A program made the position numbers and the translations under genes. A stretch of 64,000 nucleotides of DNA from a virus (taxonomy: Duplodnaviria; Caudoviricetes): IMG/VR virus record IMGVR_UViG_3300044675_007236. One strand, written 5' to 3'. The stretch's first letter is position 1. Each line of letters begins with the position of its first letter. Shown here in pieces: positions 37,041 to 47,047 of the stretch. Under the pieces are notes generated by a model. That model did not search any database. It saw nothing but the letters and a program-made list of their open reading frames with translations, and was not told the DNA's origin.

Positions 37041-39869
37041 TTAAATAACCTGATGCACTTCAATGTTGTTTGTCGCGTACGGCACAGTGTAAGTGACATA
37101 CAAAACATAGCGATCTTTGAAGACTTCAGAAATAAAGAACCTGTCAATCGTAGCATCGATAAGCTGACCACCAAGTTGCGGCGTCGAGCGTTCAGTCTTA
37201 AGAAGACGGAACAACTTGTCAGCTCCGCCAAGGATGATATCTCGCATGGAAGGTGTAACGTTAGTTACGCCGATCCAAGGTGCGAAGTAATCCTTGACAC
37301 GGTAGCTGATGCTATCGACGTTGCGGGTAATCATTTCTTCACGTTGATTGATGTCTTCGTAATCGCCAGTTGTTAGAGCGTGACGCGTGTAAAGTTCGCC
37401 GTCACGGCTTTGCGTAACAATCCAGACTCCAGACTTGGCCATGTTGTCAAGCTGCAGCTTGTTGAACCGAGTTGAACGAGGTACAGCCGAGAATCCGGCG
37501 ACTTGAACGTTCGTCAATCCCTGTTGCGGTAGTACAGCAGATGCGAGGCCAGCTAAAGCACAGTTCAAAAAGTAACCTTCTTGAATCAAACCGGCACCTT
37601 CAATCTTGTCAGGCCAAACAGCTCGAATACGTCTGTCGTTGTAGGCTCCGGCCACTTTGGCAATGGCCTCAGATTCCTCGCTAAGTGACAAGTTACGCCA
37701 GACTTCGATTTTAGCTGGAACCGACTGCGGAGCTGCAGGACCTGCCGCGACTCGTAGTTGGTTTTCGGACTGTACTTCCTCGACGACGTATTCGCTGTAA
37801 GTAAAGTTGCCGAAACCGTCACCTGTGTAAATAGCTCGAACAATGTCACCTGCTCGCACTTTGTTCTTGATGAAGTCGGAGTTGGCGGCAGGTACTCGAC
37901 AAATCGTGTATTGCGTGCCGCCAGTAGCCGGATCGTCTTCAAACACAGCCAATGCGTTTTGACTGTCGGAAGTTGTTGCCGACAAATACCCTGTAACTGT
38001 AGATCCTGCCGACACCACAGGAATCTCTGGAATACCGGCAAGGTTAAACCATCCAGTTCGCCATTGCCCCTCGGTTGGCGACGATGCCCCGTTTACATGA
38101 GCCTGATACAAGCTTAAAACAGCGGGGTCGCGAGTAAGCGGTACTAGTCCGTAAACATCATCTCGAGTCGTAGCGACTTCAAGAACTTCTGCCCAGGCAT
38201 CTAAATCCGAAGGGTCAGTAACAGCTGTGTAAAGTACTGGCGTACCGTTGCTGTTAGACACGCCTTGAAAAACTCCCCACTTCAACGGGTTGTCAGGAGT
38301 CAATGGGCCGCTGATCTGATCGATATCGCTGACGTTCGAAAGACCGCCAATCTGATTCGCCAAACCAGGTAACCAAGCACGGTACTCGACGTAAAGCACC
38401 CCGTAGTCAAGCTCGGACGAAGCATAAACCTCGAGAGGCAAAGCTACACCGCTGTCGGTCCAACTTGCGTCGTAAGCGATCATCCCTGACTTTACAGTAA
38501 ACTCAGTAGTCGACTGTTCCCAGTTGGTAAGCGGAGCCATACCAATACGGTCGGCTGCGACTTCCAAAAGCGGTTTTCGAATGTAAAGGTCGATACCGAC
38601 TTCGTCACTAGTTGCAAACGTTGAATCAAGGTTGTGTCCAAGTACAACAGTACGGACTGGCCCGTTGCTAATACCTTGAACGGCAACGTAAAACCTATCG
38701 CCTTTATTTAACTTGTTAGATGCACCAAACTCGATTGTGACACCGCGTGTGCCGATGTTAATGTCGACGCCAACTGCGGTAACCGTGTGAGGGCCACTTT
38801 GGTCAGTACCACCAACAGTTGTTACAGAAATTTCAGGCAAACTAGCGAAACTACCGCCCTTAGTTACGGTAACAATGTAAGTAGTGTCTTCTCGGCTGCT
38901 GTAAGTGCCACCGGAGCTTGCAGTCGTTGCCGTGAATGCTTGGGTAACTGTAGCCGTAAATTCCTGACCTGCGATCAAATCGTCGGGACTGACGTTGTCG
39001 TTGTCGGCTGAAAGCGAACACGCCGCGGTATCAGCATCGGAGAAAGTCACCGTGAGCCCGCGGCTACCAATAGCCGTTGGAACACCGTTCGCCGAAGGAG
39101 TTACGTTGACTTGATCATCAGTGCCGCTAGCAGAAAGTACAAGCAGACGAGCCGTAGTGTGATCACCACCTACCGAACTATCTAAGACCTTGATTGTGTA
39201 AGTCTCACTAACCCTACCGGCTGGTGTACCGTCGTAGGTGCAACCGTTAACGGAAGCTGTCACGCAATTAAGTGCACCGGCTGTTTGCGAGACGGTGTGT
39301 GCGCAGCTTTGTGTGTCTGCGTTTGCAGCTTCAATAGTCACAGGCGAGATAGAGGCCGCAACTTGATCAGCGACTAAAGATTGAACGTACGTCCAAAGCG
39401 TGATCGGGTCACCTAGTGTCCCGGCCCCAGTTGGAACGCCCCGCACTCTAATAACGTCGCCGACTCTTACGTCACGGTCATAAAAATCAGGATCTCGAGC
39501 ATAAGCTCCGCTAGAAGCAAAGTTGATCGAGGCAGCTCGAATGCGATTTTTTACGCCAGCTACAACTTCGACGTCGCTACCAGCACTTAGTGGATCGCTA
39601 AAATACTTGAGCAACGCATTTTCAACGTAAAGCTTGGTGTAGTCAGTGTCGATTTTGCTGCCAGCAGGTCTGTTAGGCCAGGCGTAGGTTTCATCAGATA
39701 CGTTATCGTAAAGCCCCAGTCGCCCGTCCTCACGTTCGTCAGTTTGATCTTGGCGTACAAGATGTGCGTGCCCGCCAGAGATGTGCGAACAAAGCGGGTT
39801 TGCCGCAACTGCAGGCTGGTTGGTAAAGTCTTGGTAAACCAATACTTGTGGTAGAACGTAGTTTGCCAT
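37041..39869 (-). CDS. contractile tail sheath protein (942 aa)
   Basis: N-terminal YVLPQVLVYQ; C-terminal sheath core (YNDRRIRAVWP, CALAGLASA, LTNVQVAGF, LDNMAKSGVWIV, REEMITRNVDSI). Confidence 0.92.
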   Translation of the reverse strand: MANYVLPQVLVYQDFTNQPAVAANPLCSHISGGHAHLVRQDQTDEREDGRLGLYDNVSDETYAWPNRPAGSKIDTDYTKLYVENALLKYFSDPLSAGSDVEVVAGVKNRIRAASINFASSGAYARDPDFYDRDVRVGDVIRVRGVPTGAGTLGDPITLWTYVQSLVADQVAASISPVTIEAANADTQSCAHTVSQTAGALNCVTASVNGCTYDGTPAGRVSETYTIKVLDSSVGGDHTTARLLVLSASGTDDQVNVTPSANGVPTAIGSRGLTVTFSDADTAACSLSADNDNVSPDDLIAGQEFTATVTQAFTATTASSGGTYSSREDTTYIVTVTKGGSFASLPEISVTTVGGTDQSGPHTVTAVGVDINIGTRGVTIEFGASNKLNKGDRFYVAVQGISNGPVRTVVLGHNLDSTFATSDEVGIDLYIRKPLLEVAADRIGMAPLTNWEQSTTEFTVKSGMIAYDASWTDSGVALPLEVYASSELDYGVLYVEYRAWLPGLANQIGGLSNVSDIDQISGPLTPDNPLKWGVFQGVSNSNGTPVLYTAVTDPSDLDAWAEVLEVATTRDDVYGLVPLTRDPAVLSLYQAHVNGASSPTEGQWRTGWFNLAGIPEIPVVSAGSTVTGYLSATTSDSQNALAVFEDDPATGGTQYTICRVPAANSDFIKNKVRAGDIVRAIYTGDGFGNFTYSEYVVEEVQSENQLRVAAGPAAPQSVPAKIEVWRNLSLSEESEAIAKVAGAYNDRRIRAVWPDKIEGAGLIQEGYFLNCALAGLASAVLPQQGLTNVQVAGFSAVPRSTRFNKLQLDNMAKSGVWIVTQSRDGELYTRHALTTGDYEDINQREEMITRNVDSISYRVKDYFAPWIGVTNVTPSMRDIILGGADKLFRLLKTERSTPQLGGQLIDATIDRFFISEVFKDRYVLYVTYTVPYATNNIEVHQVI

Positions 39870-39886
39870 CTTGTCCTCGTTTTTGA

Positions 39887-40612
39887 TTAAGGTCCTTGGT
39901 ATCGACTTTTTAATGAAATGTCGTTTTCACCAAGAAAACTGGATAGTGAAACAGCTTGCAGCGGTAGTGATTCTTCTCGCAACTCCCAGGTGTGCTCGTA
40001 AGCCCAGCTGACAGTGATCGGTACAACGTAGTTTTCAGTAGATTCTTCTAATTCCTGAATCGCACCAACTTCGGTCACATTAAACTGCCGTAAATCAAGT
40101 TTCTTCCGTATTATCGGCGAAAACTCAAGTAACTGGTTTTGTACCTCGGTTGCGAGCACTTCAGTAGAAGCCCCTGTTTGATGTATGCAAAAAAGCGTGT
40201 GCGAACCCACAAAATGTGTGGAATATCGCGTTATAGCACCCTTTTCGTTTTTGTAGGCGACCAATCCTTCACCCTGAATTTGATGGGCAAAACCCATAGC
40301 CAAATTTCGGAAAGAATTGCGTTTGATCATAATCGCAGGACGTTTTTCAACTATATCGCCCCGAAATCTATGAACAGTTTCGATCAATATACCGGAATCA
40401 GGTTGCTCTTTCCATAGATATTGTTTGAGCTCTGGCATCAATATGTTTTGAGAACTAGACCACTGACGTATAAGAAAATCTCTAAAGAAACCCGTTATAA
40501 GTATTGGCTGCCAATTGTTCTGACACAAGAAATCGAAATTAACCGTACTTTGCGTACCGTAGTTATCTTTAGACGGCTGAGGATCCGGCGTTGGGCACCA
40601 ATCAGTGGTCAT
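39887..40612 (-). CDS. tail terminator / tail completion protein
   Basis: RPAIMIKR, GSHTLFCI, YVVPITVSWAY; located between neck and sheath genes. Confidence 0.65.
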   Translation of the reverse strand: MTTDWCPTPDPQPSKDNYGTQSTVNFDFLCQNNWQPILITGFFRDFLIRQWSSSQNILMPELKQYLWKEQPDSGILIETVHRFRGDIVEKRPAIMIKRNSFRNLAMGFAHQIQGEGLVAYKNEKGAITRYSTHFVGSHTLFCIHQTGASTEVLATEVQNQLLEFSPIIRKKLDLRQFNVTEVGAIQELEESTENYVVPITVSWAYEHTWELREESLPLQAVSLSSFLGENDISLKSRYQGP

Positions 40613-40821
40613 TTACGTTTATCCATTTGTTGAATAACAAGTTCCGGATCGTAATCCCATTTTTTCATATTTAGCTTAGTAACAAACGGATTACTGCCTT
40701 TAGAATTAGTCTTTTCTTTTGCTTTTTCTGCTAAATGTGAAGCCTTGGCGTGCTCCTCGTTTTGAGGCAAACCTAGAGGATAATGCAAACCCGACGGAGC
40801 AAATCTAGGGATATGTGTCAT
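40609..40821 (-). CDS. small hypothetical protein
   Basis: ATG at 40821 (TGATG overlap); ~70 aa. Confidence 0.55.
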   Translation of the reverse strand: MTHIPRFAPSGLHYPLGLPQNEEHAKASHLAEKAKEKTNSKGSNPFVTKLNMKKWDYDPELVIQQMDKRK

Positions 40822-41744
40822 CAGCAACGCTCCTGCAACCAGGCGTCTTGCTGCGGAATAGGTATACGGTAAGCTACATCTGTAAACGGGGCTGGTCTAA
40901 GATTAACCTGCGCAATAATAGGAACACCCCGCATTTCATAAATATTTTGCGTCGCTTCAATGTAATACCTAATATCAGTTTTTCTTGAAACCCATACGTC
41001 TTGCTCGCTGATAATAGGCAACATAAGCATCCTGGCTCTGATTTGAATGTCTTGGACCGTTCCTCTAACAGCTTGGTCGTCGACGTTTAGCTTGCTGGCA
41101 CTTGGGGACAGATCAGCCCATACGCAAGCCAGCGGATAGTAATAACCGCACTGTTTGCCTGTACCCCAGCACTGGGGGCAGTACGGGTCGGTTATTTCCA
41201 TTGTCTGCGGATCAAGACAACGTGGGCAGTTTGCACCTGTCATTCTACGTTTTAGTAAGTAGCCGTCTTGCGAGGTGTATCCAAATCTAAGCTTTTCTTT
41301 GCGGGCGATTTCTCTAGCCAGCCGCCAGTCTCTAGGATCTAATATGCCAGTTTGAGAAGCCGGGTCTGAGAAATAAGTCTGACTCGGCGTTATTAACTTG
41401 ACTCTATAATATGTTGCAAGTGTTTTAGTAAAAGCTCGCTGTTGCGGGTCTAGTGCGTAGCAAGTGTTCTCTACAGCTAGGCCTACGTCTTGCCAATCGT
41501 CGGCATCTGGATTTCCTGTAGCTCCTACCTGCAATTGAAAAAGCCAAGGCTGCAAATCGTTAAATGAAGAAAGCAGCTGCCACATGACCCGAGTGCCGCC
41601 ACGCATCAGATAAGATACGTGTACCATGTCAAACACGTTTTCGCAGCTAGGTGGACAAGGTTTAGCTTCGCAAGATATGTAGCGGTTTTGCTTTACCTTG
41701 CTCGAGTTGTCCACTCCGGGTGAAGTACTTCCGTTTAACGTCAT
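40821..41744 (-). CDS. neck / head-closure protein with CxxC...CxxC insertion
   Basis: GYLLKRRMTGANCPRC...DPYCPQCWGTG...GYY; synteny after adaptor. Confidence 0.65.
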   Translation of the reverse strand: MTLNGSTSPGVDNSSKVKQNRYISCEAKPCPPSCENVFDMVHVSYLMRGGTRVMWQLLSSFNDLQPWLFQLQVGATGNPDADDWQDVGLAVENTCYALDPQQRAFTKTLATYYRVKLITPSQTYFSDPASQTGILDPRDWRLAREIARKEKLRFGYTSQDGYLLKRRMTGANCPRCLDPQTMEITDPYCPQCWGTGKQCGYYYPLACVWADLSPSASKLNVDDQAVRGTVQDIQIRARMLMLPIISEQDVWVSRKTDIRYYIEATQNIYEMRGVPIIAQVNLRPAPFTDVAYRIPIPQQDAWLQERC

Positions 41745-41751
41745 ACGTTAC

Positions 41752-42738
41752 CTAGTAAAAAAGACCGGAGTATGGTGAACCTAGCGAACCGCTAAAAGCT
41801 GCAATGTTAATCTCAATCTTCTTCGCCTTGACATTTTCTTGAAACATTTGCAGCATTCGACTGCTAGCTGCAATGTACTGTTGTTCTTTGTTTTTGTCGT
41901 CAATAGACATACCGCCAGCACTGTAAGCCAGCTGATTTCTTCGGTAGTGATTAGCTGCAATATCAAACAAATAAGCCTGAATGCCTTGCAACCAAAGTTC
42001 TCGAAACGGAAAATTCTTAGTTGTTAAAAGCGTATTTAGCGGAGGTGGAATCTCGTTCCAATACTGCAAGGGACGCATCACAGCCTGTATAATTTCCGCC
42101 GAATCAAACTCGACGTCATCAATGAGCATATTGTCGGCACCGCTGTTGTCTCGAACGGAAAGACGGATTTCCTCAATAGTAGGCGGGCCAACGTTTCTAA
42201 AATTCAAATCTGAATTTACACCGAAAAGACCGCGTCTGACAAAGGTGCAGCATTGATTGCTAAAAAGCATGCTACCGTCAGGTGCAAAAAACGACCACTC
42301 TTCCAGGTAAATTCCAGGAAATCTAACTATCGAGTCAGGCAGAATGTTTGCGCGTACGATACCCTCGGACATATCCAGCACTTCGGTATCTATCTGCACA
42401 ATTGGATCGTTGACAGGGTCGTATCCTGACAACTCTCGCATGCGAAGAACCACGCCGCAGCCTGGGTTCCCAACTGGATCAAAATCGCCTGAGCTCTGGC
42501 TTGTCGTGCTCGAGCAATTGCTCACACAATCTTGTAAATTAATCGGCTGGCCTTCTGGATTTTTGAAATTCCATATTAGCCTCGCGGCCTGGCCCATTTG
42601 AACTTCGTGGCATTGAAGCTTAGGTAGAACAGGACAACCGTCAACAACGGTTTGCCTTGGCTTGATAATATTCTGCTGTTCGCAGTCGGCACCTGGTAAT
42701 GGTACCGGCAACTCTACAGGTGTTCCCTCAAGTGGCAT
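41752..42738 (-). CDS. head-tail adaptor (neck protein 1) with N-terminal Ig-like extension
   Basis: IEEIRLSVRD...DVEFDSAEI...NQLAYSAGGMSID helical adaptor pattern. Confidence 0.65.
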   Translation of the reverse strand: MPLEGTPVELPVPLPGADCEQQNIIKPRQTVVDGCPVLPKLQCHEVQMGQAARLIWNFKNPEGQPINLQDCVSNCSSTTSQSSGDFDPVGNPGCGVVLRMRELSGYDPVNDPIVQIDTEVLDMSEGIVRANILPDSIVRFPGIYLEEWSFFAPDGSMLFSNQCCTFVRRGLFGVNSDLNFRNVGPPTIEEIRLSVRDNSGADNMLIDDVEFDSAEIIQAVMRPLQYWNEIPPPLNTLLTTKNFPFRELWLQGIQAYLFDIAANHYRRNQLAYSAGGMSIDDKNKEQQYIAASSRMLQMFQENVKAKKIEINIAAFSGSLGSPYSGLFY

Positions 42739-42746
42739 CGCTACTC

Positions 42747-43340
42747 CTAAGCACTAGGCAGCTTAGTGACAGAAATTTCATCCGGATCAAAACTAACAAC
42801 CACACGATACGCATCCGGCCCGGCTACACCTGACCTGTAATAACGGAAAACGTAAATACCTGGATCTAGGTAAAAAGGCAAAACCCATGTACCATTAGCA
42901 CGTTGGCGTGTGTCCCGTAGTCGGTACGTACCGTCTTTTTTACCCGCAATGTACAGCGAATGCAAGAAAACTTCTATCGTTGCATCTTCGATAGGAACAC
43001 CGTCGATGTCGTAGCGAAGATTATTAGTACCGCCGTAGTTGACGTCGACGAGCACCTTATGTGGGTCTTTAGCGGGGTCGGTAAGCTGATCAAGCTCCCA
43101 CCACTCGCTTGCGATAAAGTAATCCGGATCATTAAGCCGGACAACGAAGCGTCCAATTGGATTTGCAACATCCATTACATAATCACCGTCACCTAGCGAG
43201 CTGACGTTGAAACGATAAAGTGTAGGTCTACCGGTTACAGCTGTACCAGGAATAGCCGAGCCTACAGCTATGTCAGTGTCTCTATCGTACGGCTGGATAG
43301 TTGGAAACTTGTTAGGCGGTAGTGTCAGCTCAAGCAGCAT
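42747..43340 (-). CDS. structural protein with transthyretin/carboxypeptidase-regulatory-like domain
   Basis: ATG at 43340 with GAGG SD; GVPIEDATIEVF...ANGTW...LDPGIYVFRY. Confidence 0.6.
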   Translation of the reverse strand: MLLELTLPPNKFPTIQPYDRDTDIAVGSAIPGTAVTGRPTLYRFNVSSLGDGDYVMDVANPIGRFVVRLNDPDYFIASEWWELDQLTDPAKDPHKVLVDVNYGGTNNLRYDIDGVPIEDATIEVFLHSLYIAGKKDGTYRLRDTRQRANGTWVLPFYLDPGIYVFRYYRSGVAGPDAYRVVVSFDPDEISVTKLPSA

Positions 43341-43369
43341 TTTTGCCTCACTTGTGGGGTTAGCCGCCA

Positions 43370-43397
43370 ATTATAGCCAAAGTAGCTATAAATAAGC
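43370..43397 (-). promoter_or_regulatory. putative promoter (TATAAT -10)
   Basis: Perfect TATAAT at 43370-43375 in the intergenic gap; weak -35. Confidence 0.4.
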
Positions 43398-43405
43398 GAC
43401 AGTAA

Positions 43406-44494
43406 CTAGACTTCGCCAAGCTTGTACCAACCTTCTTTGCTGATATAGACATTCATCACGTCCGAAAAGTATTTGTTGTATTTAGGTGCAATCTTTTCTA
43501 AAGCAAACTGTTCACCAAATTTACGACAATCTTCCGGTTTAATTTGATCAATAGTTTTGACAGCATTTACAAAATCGGCAAAAGTACGGCAGCGATAACC
43601 CGTTAAACCGTGAGGATTATTTTCCGTAAAAGCCCCCCAGTCCGTGGTGATTGTCGGGGTACCGGAAAGCAAGTTTTCTATTTGCACGCCGCCGAAAGGC
43701 TCAATATATTGGCTGGCTACAAAGCTAGCCTTTGCGTCTCGCATGAGCTTTTTTCGGGTTTCAACATCTGCGTAACCTACGTACTCTACGCACGACGGTA
43801 GTTTGTAGTTGTCGTCTTTTTGGCCTGCAATAACTAACTTTATACCTAGCTTTTCGGCAACTTGTATCGCAATATGTACACCTTTGCCTTCGTAAACACG
43901 CCCAAGATACAAGAAGTAGTCCTGCTTTTTGTCACTGTATTCGAACTCGGACAAATCGAAGTAGTTAGGAATAACTACCTCGTACCAATCCTGATTACAA
44001 GTTTTTACACCTTTAATTCCGCAGTAAGCGTGATAAATGGCGTAAGATTCGAAAACTTTCCATCTGGCCCAGTGACCATCGGCGTATCCTATGCCTGGTT
44101 CTACACATATTAAATCAGGATGAGCGTCGCAAACTGGTCGTACACCAGACCCCCAAAACGGTAGGATAAAGTCTCTTGGTTGTTTTCGTTTAGTTATTTC
44201 AGCAATAGCGCGGCTGTAAAAGGTTTGATACGCGTGATCGTTGACATCAAACTTAAAAAAATGCTTACGCCAATCGTGACTTCCATAGGCCTGAGCTAGA
44301 TCTGCGTTTGTTGTAACCGTAACGTGCTCGTTGCAGTCAAGCTGCGAATCTTCATGACCGTAATGAATGATGTGATGCCCGTGCATTCGCATCATCTTGG
44401 CAAACTTAACTACTTTTTGAGTATAGGCACACGCCACATAGTCTCGGTTAGAAACAGTGTGCGGTAGACCTAGTATGTGAAAACGAAAAGACAT
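43406..44494 (-). CDS. GT4-family glycosyltransferase (GT-B)
   Basis: Start [13 protein letters not shown] at 44494; [39 protein letters not shown] (EX7E motif). Confidence 0.9.
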   Translation of the reverse strand: MSFRFHILGLPHTVSNRDYVACAYTQKVVKFAKMMRMHGHHIIHYGHEDSQLDCNEHVTVTTNADLAQAYGSHDWRKHFFKFDVNDHAYQTFYSRAIAEITKRKQPRDFILPFWGSGVRPVCDAHPDLICVEPGIGYADGHWARWKVFESYAIYHAYCGIKGVKTCNQDWYEVVIPNYFDLSEFEYSDKKQDYFLYLGRVYEGKGVHIAIQVAEKLGIKLVIAGQKDDNYKLPSCVEYVGYADVETRKKLMRDAKASFVASQYIEPFGGVQIENLLSGTPTITTDWGAFTENNPHGLTGYRCRTFADFVNAVKTIDQIKPEDCRKFGEQFALEKIAPKYNKYFSDVMNVYISKEGWYKLGEV

Positions 44495-44504
44495 AAAACA
44501 TCCT

Positions 44505-44972
44505 CTACAATAGCGCAGGTAAAATCGCTGTCTTTTTGCGTACGTCTTCGACCGTCGTCTCATTTGCCACACTCGCCGGGAACGATACTGGAGCAGCAGC
44601 ACTAGTCGGCTGCCCTGCGATCCTTGTGACGTTTGCATCTGTGTTTCTGTTCTCAATCGAAAATGTCCGAAGTATCGTTCTTGCCAGGTCTTTCCCATCG
44701 ACTATCCCTGCCGTGAATACGACGTCGTAGTCTTTACCGCCCTCATATACCGCATCGGAAGTGTCGATCACCAGTTCATGGAACCCAGCTTTCCCATCAT
44801 AATCTACGGCGGGTTGGGTTACTCCGGTAGTGAATTCTGTTGTCGAATCTTTGTAAATCGCGACTGTTGGATTTACTGTTGGGGTAGCAGGCAAAATAGC
44901 TTGACTGAACGTGTTGAATTTGACACGGATCTGTTGGCCTTTTTTGAAATCTCCAATGTATTTGCCTGACAT
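44505..44972 (-). CDS. hypothetical Ig-like structural protein
   Basis: 155 aa, beta-rich ([17 protein letters not shown]...[10 protein letters not shown]). Confidence 0.65.
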   Translation of the reverse strand: MSGKYIGDFKKGQQIRVKFNTFSQAILPATPTVNPTVAIYKDSTTEFTTGVTQPAVDYDGKAGFHELVIDTSDAVYEGGKDYDVVFTAGIVDGKDLARTILRTFSIENRNTDANVTRIAGQPTSAAAPVSFPASVANETTVEDVRKKTAILPALL

Positions 44973-44974
44973 GG

Positions 44975-46009
44975 TTACCCTATCAAAATGTTATCGATCG
45001 GAGAGTATGAGCCACCGGCACCACCTGTTCCGTCATCTAAGCCGTCAATCACAACACCAATTTGTGGTAGAATTGTCGGAGTGTTAATCCAAGAGGTGCC
45101 GCTAGATCGGGTGAGCATGTGATCGGTAGCAATCGCAGTAGCGTAAGCCGCCACGGGAACTGTGGTGATATTGAACCTAGTTCCAGGAGGACCAGATGGA
45201 GCCCCTACGAGTCTGTACCATGTGTCTTTTTCTAGTACGACTGGAGAGGAAAAATTATATTGACTTACGACCGCACTTCTTTCAAAAAACTGATTAGAAC
45301 TTACCGTTAATCTTCGTATTGGTGTTCCGTTTGGGGCAGTTGAATCGGCATAAAGGCTGTATGTTATATTAACATCAGGGTCATGCGTGGACCAGAATCC
45401 GGGGATTCTAGCTGTGTGTAGTAGTCGGAATCGAAGACCTTCCTCTCCAGTACTGTATTGAATTGTCGTCGAGCCGACTCCATAAGCCACTCCTCCTGGG
45501 GCGATAGGCCAATATGTTCCGTCGGAATATCGCAGAGCAGCATAAGGTAATCTACCGGCAATACGTGAGTAAAGACCACCTGTACTAATTAGCGGGTAAT
45601 TTACTTGCATTTGACTTACAAGACTTGCCAAAGCAATTTGAACTGAAGTGCCTGAGTTGTGAGCCCATACTAGCCAAAGAAAATTGTCTGGCGTTACTGT
45701 AGCTCCTGAGGTCAATGTTGACTCAACGGACGTGTTGCTTGTCAACGTACCGGTGATTACGTTTGTGTTTGCCCCAAATAGTGTTCCGCTTGGGCCTCCA
45801 GATCCTACAGTCTCAAGTCTAATATCGATTGTTGGGGAGCCAACTACCGTTCCAGTCTGCCAGTTTATTCCATTAATTATTCCTTCTTTCGGAGGTTGAA
45901 AATTAAACGCAATTTTAGACAAAGGACCTAACGCAGCAGAGGATATTGTTCCTGGTGTCGTTGTCGCAAGATAATTAACTAGCATTCGGTTGCAGGTGAC
46001 GATTGTCAT
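44975..46009 (-). CDS. hypothetical beta-rich structural/fibre-associated protein
   Basis: 344 aa, Thr/Ser/Gly-rich; TAATG coupling. Confidence 0.7.
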   Translation of the reverse strand: MTIVTCNRMLVNYLATTTPGTISSAALGPLSKIAFNFQPPKEGIINGINWQTGTVVGSPTIDIRLETVGSGGPSGTLFGANTNVITGTLTSNTSVESTLTSGATVTPDNFLWLVWAHNSGTSVQIALASLVSQMQVNYPLISTGGLYSRIAGRLPYAALRYSDGTYWPIAPGGVAYGVGSTTIQYSTGEEGLRFRLLHTARIPGFWSTHDPDVNITYSLYADSTAPNGTPIRRLTVSSNQFFERSAVVSQYNFSSPVVLEKDTWYRLVGAPSGPPGTRFNITTVPVAAYATAIATDHMLTRSSGTSWINTPTILPQIGVVIDGLDDGTGGAGGSYSPIDNILIG

Positions 46010-46590
46010 TACAACTCCGGTTCCAGCCCGAGGCCGTTATTGTCTATGTACTCGGTCCATGCCTCACGATATGCTTGGACCCGATCCAGTGCTCGCTCGA
46101 TTCGCAGTTCACTCAATGCGACAAGTTTCATGTGGGCAACACAAGCTGTGATTTCTTCGAGGCTTGGGACTTCAATCTCGATTTGAAACTTTTCGATTCG
46201 CTCCTTGATTCGAGCTTGCTCCAACAGGCTGATGTTTCGCTTGACTTCGCGAGCAAGATGCCTAGCTCCTGGAACCAAGCCTACTTGGTCGAGCAAGTTG
46301 AACGTGTTTTGGATGTCAACATCGTTCAAGGGCATCCCAGAAGATAACTGCGAGATAGCCCAAGTTTCCCCTTGCTGCAAGAGAACGTCTTGCAGCCGTT
46401 TGCACCCACCCCTACCAAATCGCATTCCCGTCTCGGGAACCCAAACAGACGCTAGCCCCTTCCACGTAAAATCACCGGAGTTTTCAAATGGAATATCTTC
46501 GACCAGTAACGCATCCAAGACTTCTTGCGAAGTCTTGGATTCCCAACCGGGGACTAAACGAATTAATACTTTCAGTTCTTCGGGGGTCAA
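46009..46590 (-). CDS. hypothetical protein
   Basis: Likely TTG start at 46590 with GGAG SD (MTPEELKVLI...). Confidence 0.7.
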   Translation of the reverse strand: MTPEELKVLIRLVPGWESKTSQEVLDALLVEDIPFENSGDFTWKGLASVWVPETGMRFGRGGCKRLQDVLLQQGETWAISQLSSGMPLNDVDIQNTFNLLDQVGLVPGARHLAREVKRNISLLEQARIKERIEKFQIEIEVPSLEEITACVAHMKLVALSELRIERALDRVQAYREAWTEYIDNNGLGLEPEL

Positions 46591-46591
46591 T

Positions 46592-47035
46592 TTAAGTTCT
46601 CCAAAAACTAGGCTCATGCCAGGGCCTAAGAGAGGATTTCCAAGGCAACCCACCAAACCACCGCATATCCTGCTGTGTAAAGTTTAGGTGCGGGTCGCCC
46701 AAAACCTCGCTCATAACGTGCCCAGGCTGTTCCATGTGCCCACCACCCTTAACCAGCCAATGCCCAAACTCATGCACAATCGCAAGCACCATCTGGCTTT
46801 GGTTGATCCAAGTGTATGATGATTGAGCAAAGATGCGATTGCCTCTTTGCCACATCGGACTGCCTTGCTCATTGGTCAATAAAATCTGAAAATGCTGGCC
46901 TCGCTGGACTTGCACGAACTGTACGTCCCAGTACCGGGTGATCTTCGCAAAAGCAGGGAGTATGCTTTTGACTGACCAGTTGCCGGTCTGAGCGATAGGT
47001 CGCGTTGCAAAGTTCCAAAGGATTTTCCTAGCCAT
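46592..47035 (-). CDS. minimal metzincin-like zinc metallopeptidase
   Basis: AIVHEFGHWLVKGGGH and PGHVMSE Met-turn-like motif; ATG at 47035 with GGAG SD. Confidence 0.65.
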   Translation of the reverse strand: MARKILWNFATRPIAQTGNWSVKSILPAFAKITRYWDVQFVQVQRGQHFQILLTNEQGSPMWQRGNRIFAQSSYTWINQSQMVLAIVHEFGHWLVKGGGHMEQPGHVMSEVLGDPHLNFTQQDMRWFGGLPWKSSLRPWHEPSFWRT

Positions 47036-47047
47036 ATCAAACTCCAA

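Noticed and set aside
22156-39869. Interpretation as eCIS, tailocin or T6SS
   Set aside because: Contiguous capsid, protease, scaffold and neck genes show it is a complete phage morphogenesis module
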